IMG/VR virus record: IMGVR_UViG_3300020440_000033
Location: 1 to 40,220 of that record
From: a virus
Lineage: Duplodnaviria > Caudoviricetes
Reading direction: 5' to 3' (one strand)
DNA: 40,220 bases
Of the stretch, positions 36,185 through 40,220 are shown piece after piece. The position numbers were made by a program, and so were the translations under genes. How positions within the stretch are numbered: the first letter of the stretch is position 1; the number at the start of each line of letters is the position of its first letter. Under the pieces are notes generated by a model. That model ran no database searches. It was not told the DNA's origin and saw only the letters and a program-made list of their open reading frames with translations.

Positions 36185-37048
36185 TCAACAAAGCTCTTTA
36201 GTTTTATATGCTAGCGACCTCAGCCTGTTTAAGGCTCTTTCAGCCCGCTGCCTGGCCCGTTCCCGAGATATACCTAACTCTTTGGAAATCTGCATATAAG
36301 TTTTAGGTGGAGATCCATTTAACCCATAAAAGCCCACAATGATAACATGGTCAACTGGATCAAGCTGATGTAAGTATTTATCCAAGAAATCACCATCAAA
36401 TATGGTATCTATATTGTTCATGCCATGCTCCCCGTCAGTAATAAGATCAATAAGCGCGGTTGATTCACCGTCTGAATCATTGCCACCGCTGCTATCTAAA
36501 CTGGCGCAGTCATTACTGTGAATCAGGTATTCCTGTAACCGCTGAGGTTTTACGTTACAGTAATCAGCACACTCTTCAAGCGAGGGCGGTCTACCATTTC
36601 TAGCGTCAAACTCAACAACCCAACCTCTTAATTTTGATAATACTTCTATTGCCTGGGTCGGAAGTCTAATTACACGATCGTGGTAACTTAAATGACGCGA
36701 AATAGCCTGACGAATCCACCAGTACACATAAGTTGACAAAGCGTACCCACGTTCTGGATCGAACTTTTTAATACCATGAGCGAGACCTATATTGCCTTCT
36801 TGCACAATATCAAATAACTCTGTACGTTTTGCCCTTGGAACGTACCGCTTGGCGATAGACACAACTAAGCGAAGATTGCAATTAATCAGCTTGTGATACG
36901 CCCGCGTTCCCTGCTTAATTTGTCTAGGCGTTGGTTCGGGCGAAGAAATCCAAGCCTGTACTTGCCGCGCCAGCATGATTTCTTGCTGTTTGGTCAGCAG
37001 GGGATAACGCAAGATCCCATTGATGTACTGAGTAAAGCCTTCCATCAA
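36185..37048 (-). CDS. sigma70-family RNA polymerase sigma factor (RpoD/group 2-like)
   Basis: Region 1.2 YPLLTKQQEIMLA; 2.1 LINCNLRLVVSIAKRY; 2.2-2.4 DIVQEGNIGL..KFDPERGYALSTYVYWWIRQAI; region 4 ISKELGISRERARQ. Confidence 0.93.
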   Translation of the reverse strand: MMEGFTQYINGILRYPLLTKQQEIMLARQVQAWISSPEPTPRQIKQGTRAYHKLINCNLRLVVSIAKRYVPRAKRTELFDIVQEGNIGLAHGIKKFDPERGYALSTYVYWWIRQAISRHLSYHDRVIRLPTQAIEVLSKLRGWVVEFDARNGRPPSLEECADYCNVKPQRLQEYLIHSNDCASLDSSGGNDSDGESTALIDLITDGEHGMNNIDTIFDGDFLDKYLHQLDPVDHVIIVGFYGLNGSPPKTYMQISKELGISRERARQRAERALNRLRSLAYKTKELC

Positions 37049-37257
37049 CCCCTAACCTCGATGATGGTGGGAAGATAGCCAATGGAATCTTCAAGTAGAC
37101 GAGCTGTTTCTGCCGCTTTTTCAACAGTTACAAAAGAGCAGGCATCTTCTTTTTTGTTTGTAAGCCTGATGCCGTTGTCTTTGGCTGATTTAGGGTAAGC
37201 AGCTGCGAGATACATGGGCTTTTTCGACCGCAAAGACTGGAGCGCGTAACGTGCCAT
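37045..37257 (-). CDS. hypothetical protein
   Basis: 70 aa, overlaps the sigma start; TGTGCTACTTT upstream (37280-37290). Confidence 0.6.
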   Translation of the reverse strand: MARYALQSLRSKKPMYLAAAYPKSAKDNGIRLTNKKEDACSFVTVEKAAETARLLEDSIGYLPTIIEVRG

Positions 37258-37291
37258 GGAGAAAAACTGAGGCCCACCTAAAGTAGCACAC

Positions 37292-37567
37292 TTAATCAGC
37301 TTGGCTAGGCTCCGTAGCAGCCTTTTTATTTTTTGACCTGCCTTCTACACGGCGGCGCACAGACTCACGCCACGATGCTTGGTCCTTTGCCAGAGCTTCT
37401 TGATAGACCGAAGAAGGCAGGGCTTTTTCAAGCGCAGCATAAACAGCATCACGAATCCAAGCGGTGGAACGCACACCCTGCTGCTTAGCTAAGTCAGCCA
37501 GCAGAGCAGCTCTGTGCGGATCCAACAGAATCTGCATGTAGGTTTTATTGCCGTGGCGTATCGCCAT
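37292..37567 (-). CDS. ribbon-helix-helix-like DNA-binding protein
   Basis: YMQILLDPHRAALLADLAKQQGVRSTAWIRDAV fits a strand-helix-G-helix RHH pattern. Confidence 0.6.
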   Translation of the reverse strand: MAIRHGNKTYMQILLDPHRAALLADLAKQQGVRSTAWIRDAVYAALEKALPSSVYQEALAKDQASWRESVRRRVEGRSKNKKAATEPSQAD

Positions 37568-37614
37568 AAAAGTCTTTCGTGCTACAGAATAGTCTAGCGT
37601 TGCATTACCATGCA

Positions 37615-37830
37615 TTACCAAGCGATAGAATCGTCTACATGCTTTTTCCATCCACTGGCTTGGTTCTTCCGAGCGTTTGTACGTTGCTTACGACAGCCCT
37701 GACGTACCTCCCTGGCCCGCTCCAGGAACTCAGCAGCCCTTTGCAAGTCGGCAGTAGTAGCACGCGCTATTTCGTATCTGAGGTATGCGATCATGATCTG
37801 CCTCCCTGTTTTCGGCTGCATAGGCAGCAT
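37615..37830 (-). CDS. hypothetical protein
   Basis: 71-aa helical basic ORF. Confidence 0.55.
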   Translation of the reverse strand: MLPMQPKTGRQIMIAYLRYEIARATTADLQRAAEFLERAREVRQGCRKQRTNARKNQASGWKKHVDDSIAW

Positions 37831-37918
37831 CCATCACTTCCGCAAGGCTACTGTAATACCCCCTCTCTTTTAGTAGAGAAAACGTCCACCCGTTAGGGGT
37901 GTGATAGATGCTGACCAT
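37730..37918 (-). CDS. small hypothetical protein
   Basis: ATG with AAGGAG SD just after the polA stop; 3' part overlaps the next ORF. Confidence 0.4.
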   Translation of the reverse strand: MVSIYHTPNGWTFSLLKERGYYSSLAEVMDAAYAAENREADHDRIPQIRNSACYYCRLAKGC

Positions 37919-37928
37919 GCCTTCTCCT

Positions 37929-39866
37929 TTAATGAATTTCAGACCACCGCTTACCAACCTGAGGCTCTGCCAGCGGTGGGACATCCCCAAGCCACTTAGC
38001 TTCGGCGCTCTCCATTATCTGTTTTAGCTGGGCAGCCCAGTAATCTGCCTTAGGCTCACGCACTAGAAGCAAAATTTCATCGTGAACACAAGCGGCCAAC
38101 TTGACCTCATCTTCACCAGCCTCTTCCAAAAGCGACCAGAGGTTACCCAAAGCGCATTTAAGGATGGCCGCACCAGCACCTTGGATCGGCGTGTTACAGC
38201 GCACTGTTAGCCGATTCATATCGCCAGGCAAGTATCGACGCATATCAGAAAGCGGGATCCTGACTTCAGGCCATTTGTCGCCTTTGCTGTCTTCAGCCAA
38301 CTGCGCGTTCTGTGCCTGCCAAGCTTTGACCCCTTGGTACGTGCTTAACCACTGATTACGAATTTCAGTTGCTTCTTCAGTGGTCATAACAATGCCCGAG
38401 GCACCTGCGTAATTACGGAGACCTTTAGCACCCGAGCCATACAGCAGGCCAAAGTTTGCGGACTTTGCAATTTGGCGGGAACACCCAATAGCTTCAGCAG
38501 TGACGCTGTGCAGATCTTCCCCATCCTGGAACGCTTTGATCATGCGTTCATCTTCCGCGATGGCAGCCGCGAGGCGCAGTTCCATCTGACCAAAATCCGA
38601 GTCAACAAGAACCCAACCATCAGGAGCCTCAACGCATTGGCGAAACTCCGAATCACGGGGAATCTGCTGATTGTTCGGCTTAATGCAGGACATGCGACCT
38701 GACTCCGCCCCAAGCTGCAGATAGCTGGCACGTACAAAACCATCGGGGGTCATCTTTTCAAGAATGGACTCTACCATTTGCCTACGCTTTTCAGACCTCT
38801 TCCAAGCCAGGTAGGTTTGAATTACATGATGGTCCGCAGCATATTCTTGCAGCGCGGCGCGTGATGCACTGGGCTTGCCGGTCTTGCTGTCCACAGGAGC
38901 CTCGCCCAGCAGGGCGGTGAACTTCTGCAGCAGCTGTTTTGGACTATTGAGGTTAAACCCAGCCTTGAGCTTTGTCCCGAGTCTTACAGACCCGCTGTCT
39001 TTAGCACGCAAATTAAACTGTTGAGAAGCATTCTCAATTTCTTCAATTTCGGCGTACCACTTTTCGTACATATCGTCGTCATGGCCCATTTGTGTGACCA
39101 GATCTTTAAGCATCTTCAAGCGTCTAATGTTTTTGGGCTCCCTTGGGAGCTTGTGCTCCTTGGGCAGCGCTGCATCCAATTCCAGCAAGAAATCCTTGCT
39201 GTGCATTTCAATGTCGTGCTCATAGTCGCCCTTTAAGTTTTCCAAAGCAACTTTGTTCCAGGGCAGCCCAGTGCGCCACATCTGCGCCATTGCAGGCAAA
39301 GCCCTGCATTCCAGCGCATACGCTCCAGCCAGTCGATGTGTCTGCAGCATCTGATCAAGCCGAATATCAAGTTTCAGCAGCACCTCAACATCCTTAGCGG
39401 CGTAGACCAACTGGTCTCGGTTTAAGACTGGTGCGCTCCAATCAGACCGCTGCTGTTCTTTGTCCAGGTCAATCTTCAGGACTCGCTTTGCGACATTGAC
39501 TAGGCCGTGTTTGACGTTCGGTTTGCCGTTGTGCAGCAGTTTGCTGGCAAGCATGGAACACCTAACTTTGCCCCTTACATAGATGCCGTGTTCCTGCAGC
39601 CAACCCAAGTCAAATACCGCGTTGTGAGCAAGCCAGAAGCGATCCCCGTTAGTAAAAAACAGGCGGAGCTGGTCCCAATCGGCTTCATCAAGCTCAAAAC
39701 AGTCGATGACAACGATGATGCGCCGAGATTCACAGCCAAGCTGGATCAGCCGTAACTTGCCAACCTCAGGCTGTAGCTGGAGCGTTTCCGTATCGAAGGC
39801 AAGGGAAACCGAGGTCGAGATCTCTTTTAGATGCTCGACCCCAAACAGGATCTTGTAATCAGACAT
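37929..39866 (-). CDS. polA: family A DNA polymerase (3'-5' exo plus polymerase)
   Basis: Exo FDTET, HNAVFD, YAAKD; pol motif A DSDFGQMELR, motif B RQIAKSANFGLLYG (Phe at the E. coli 762-equivalent), motif C VHDE. Confidence 0.95.
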   Translation of the reverse strand: MSDYKILFGVEHLKEISTSVSLAFDTETLQLQPEVGKLRLIQLGCESRRIIVVIDCFELDEADWDQLRLFFTNGDRFWLAHNAVFDLGWLQEHGIYVRGKVRCSMLASKLLHNGKPNVKHGLVNVAKRVLKIDLDKEQQRSDWSAPVLNRDQLVYAAKDVEVLLKLDIRLDQMLQTHRLAGAYALECRALPAMAQMWRTGLPWNKVALENLKGDYEHDIEMHSKDFLLELDAALPKEHKLPREPKNIRRLKMLKDLVTQMGHDDDMYEKWYAEIEEIENASQQFNLRAKDSGSVRLGTKLKAGFNLNSPKQLLQKFTALLGEAPVDSKTGKPSASRAALQEYAADHHVIQTYLAWKRSEKRRQMVESILEKMTPDGFVRASYLQLGAESGRMSCIKPNNQQIPRDSEFRQCVEAPDGWVLVDSDFGQMELRLAAAIAEDERMIKAFQDGEDLHSVTAEAIGCSRQIAKSANFGLLYGSGAKGLRNYAGASGIVMTTEEATEIRNQWLSTYQGVKAWQAQNAQLAEDSKGDKWPEVRIPLSDMRRYLPGDMNRLTVRCNTPIQGAGAAILKCALGNLWSLLEEAGEDEVKLAACVHDEILLLVREPKADYWAAQLKQIMESAEAKWLGDVPPLAEPQVGKRWSEIH

Positions 39867-39880
39867 GGGTGGTCAGGGGT

Positions 39881-40207
39881 TCAAAGGATGTACTCAGGAG
39901 CCAAGCCGGTAAGCTCGGTTTCGTGTTTACCGCATGGTGCGTACCAGCCGCTGTCGTCCAGCTTCCAGCCGTGGGCAACGCGCTTTTCCGCTTTATAGGC
40001 TTCCCATTCGGGTTCGTAAGGAAGCGGAAGACCATAGTCGTGCTCCCAGTCATAGTCGGAAATACCGCTAGGTGAGCACCAACCTTCTTCATCGCCGTCC
40101 CAGCCTTCTCTATCAAAGGCTTTGCAGACACGATCTTGCTCAGCCATAGCTGCGTCAACAGCATCGGCAACCTTGCCGTAGTTTTCCCACCTTGCAGCAG
40201 CCTGCAT
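39881..40207 (-). CDS. Trp/Asp-rich hypothetical protein, possibly 5'-incomplete
   Basis: Internal duplication GWDGDEEGWCSPSG / GWKLDDSGWYAPCG; start lies near the window edge. Confidence 0.55.
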   Translation of the reverse strand: MQAAARWENYGKVADAVDAAMAEQDRVCKAFDREGWDGDEEGWCSPSGISDYDWEHDYGLPLPYEPEWEAYKAEKRVAHGWKLDDSGWYAPCGKHETELTGLAPEYIL

Positions 40208-40220
40208 GTTGTAATGACAC

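Noticed and set aside
37929-39866. Modified-base (Z-genome, DpoZ) system
   Set aside because: No purZ, datZ, mazZ or other base-modification genes in the window; polymerase motifs are standard.

Overview
The window looks like most of a ~40 kb siphovirus-type phage genome, opened inside its replication operon. The host is probably a picocyanobacterium; this is inferred from the RpoD-like sigma factor, ThyX and the style of the tail and lysis genes. Gene order: AEP primase/SF4 helicase (-), putative SSB and PD-(D/E)XK exonuclease (+), a cluster of small accessory genes (4.5-7.5 kb), terminase, portal, scaffold and capsid, a non-contractile tail module with the canonical G/GT frameshift, tail tip and fibres, a lysis cassette with a GH19 endolysin, an HNH nuclease, and on the - strand ThyX, a sigma70-family factor and a family A DNA polymerase. 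I see no integrase, CI-type repressor, tRNA, CRISPR array or reverse transcriptase. The most notable signals are non-coding or recoding: (1) a second candidate -1 frameshift (A_AAA_AAG) in the lysis cassette that would extend a 49-aa holin-like peptide to 127 aa; (2) an early leader with promoter, boxB-like hairpin, rrn-type boxA and a ~113-nt rod RNA; (3) six alternating inverted iteron-like 9-mers inside the 3' end of the primase-helicase gene, plus a putative antisense RNA over its leader; (4) a small-terminase paralogue in the accessory region; (5) a hairpin hiding the HNH start codon with a -10 element in its 5' arm. All product calls come from reading motifs by eye; no database searches were run.
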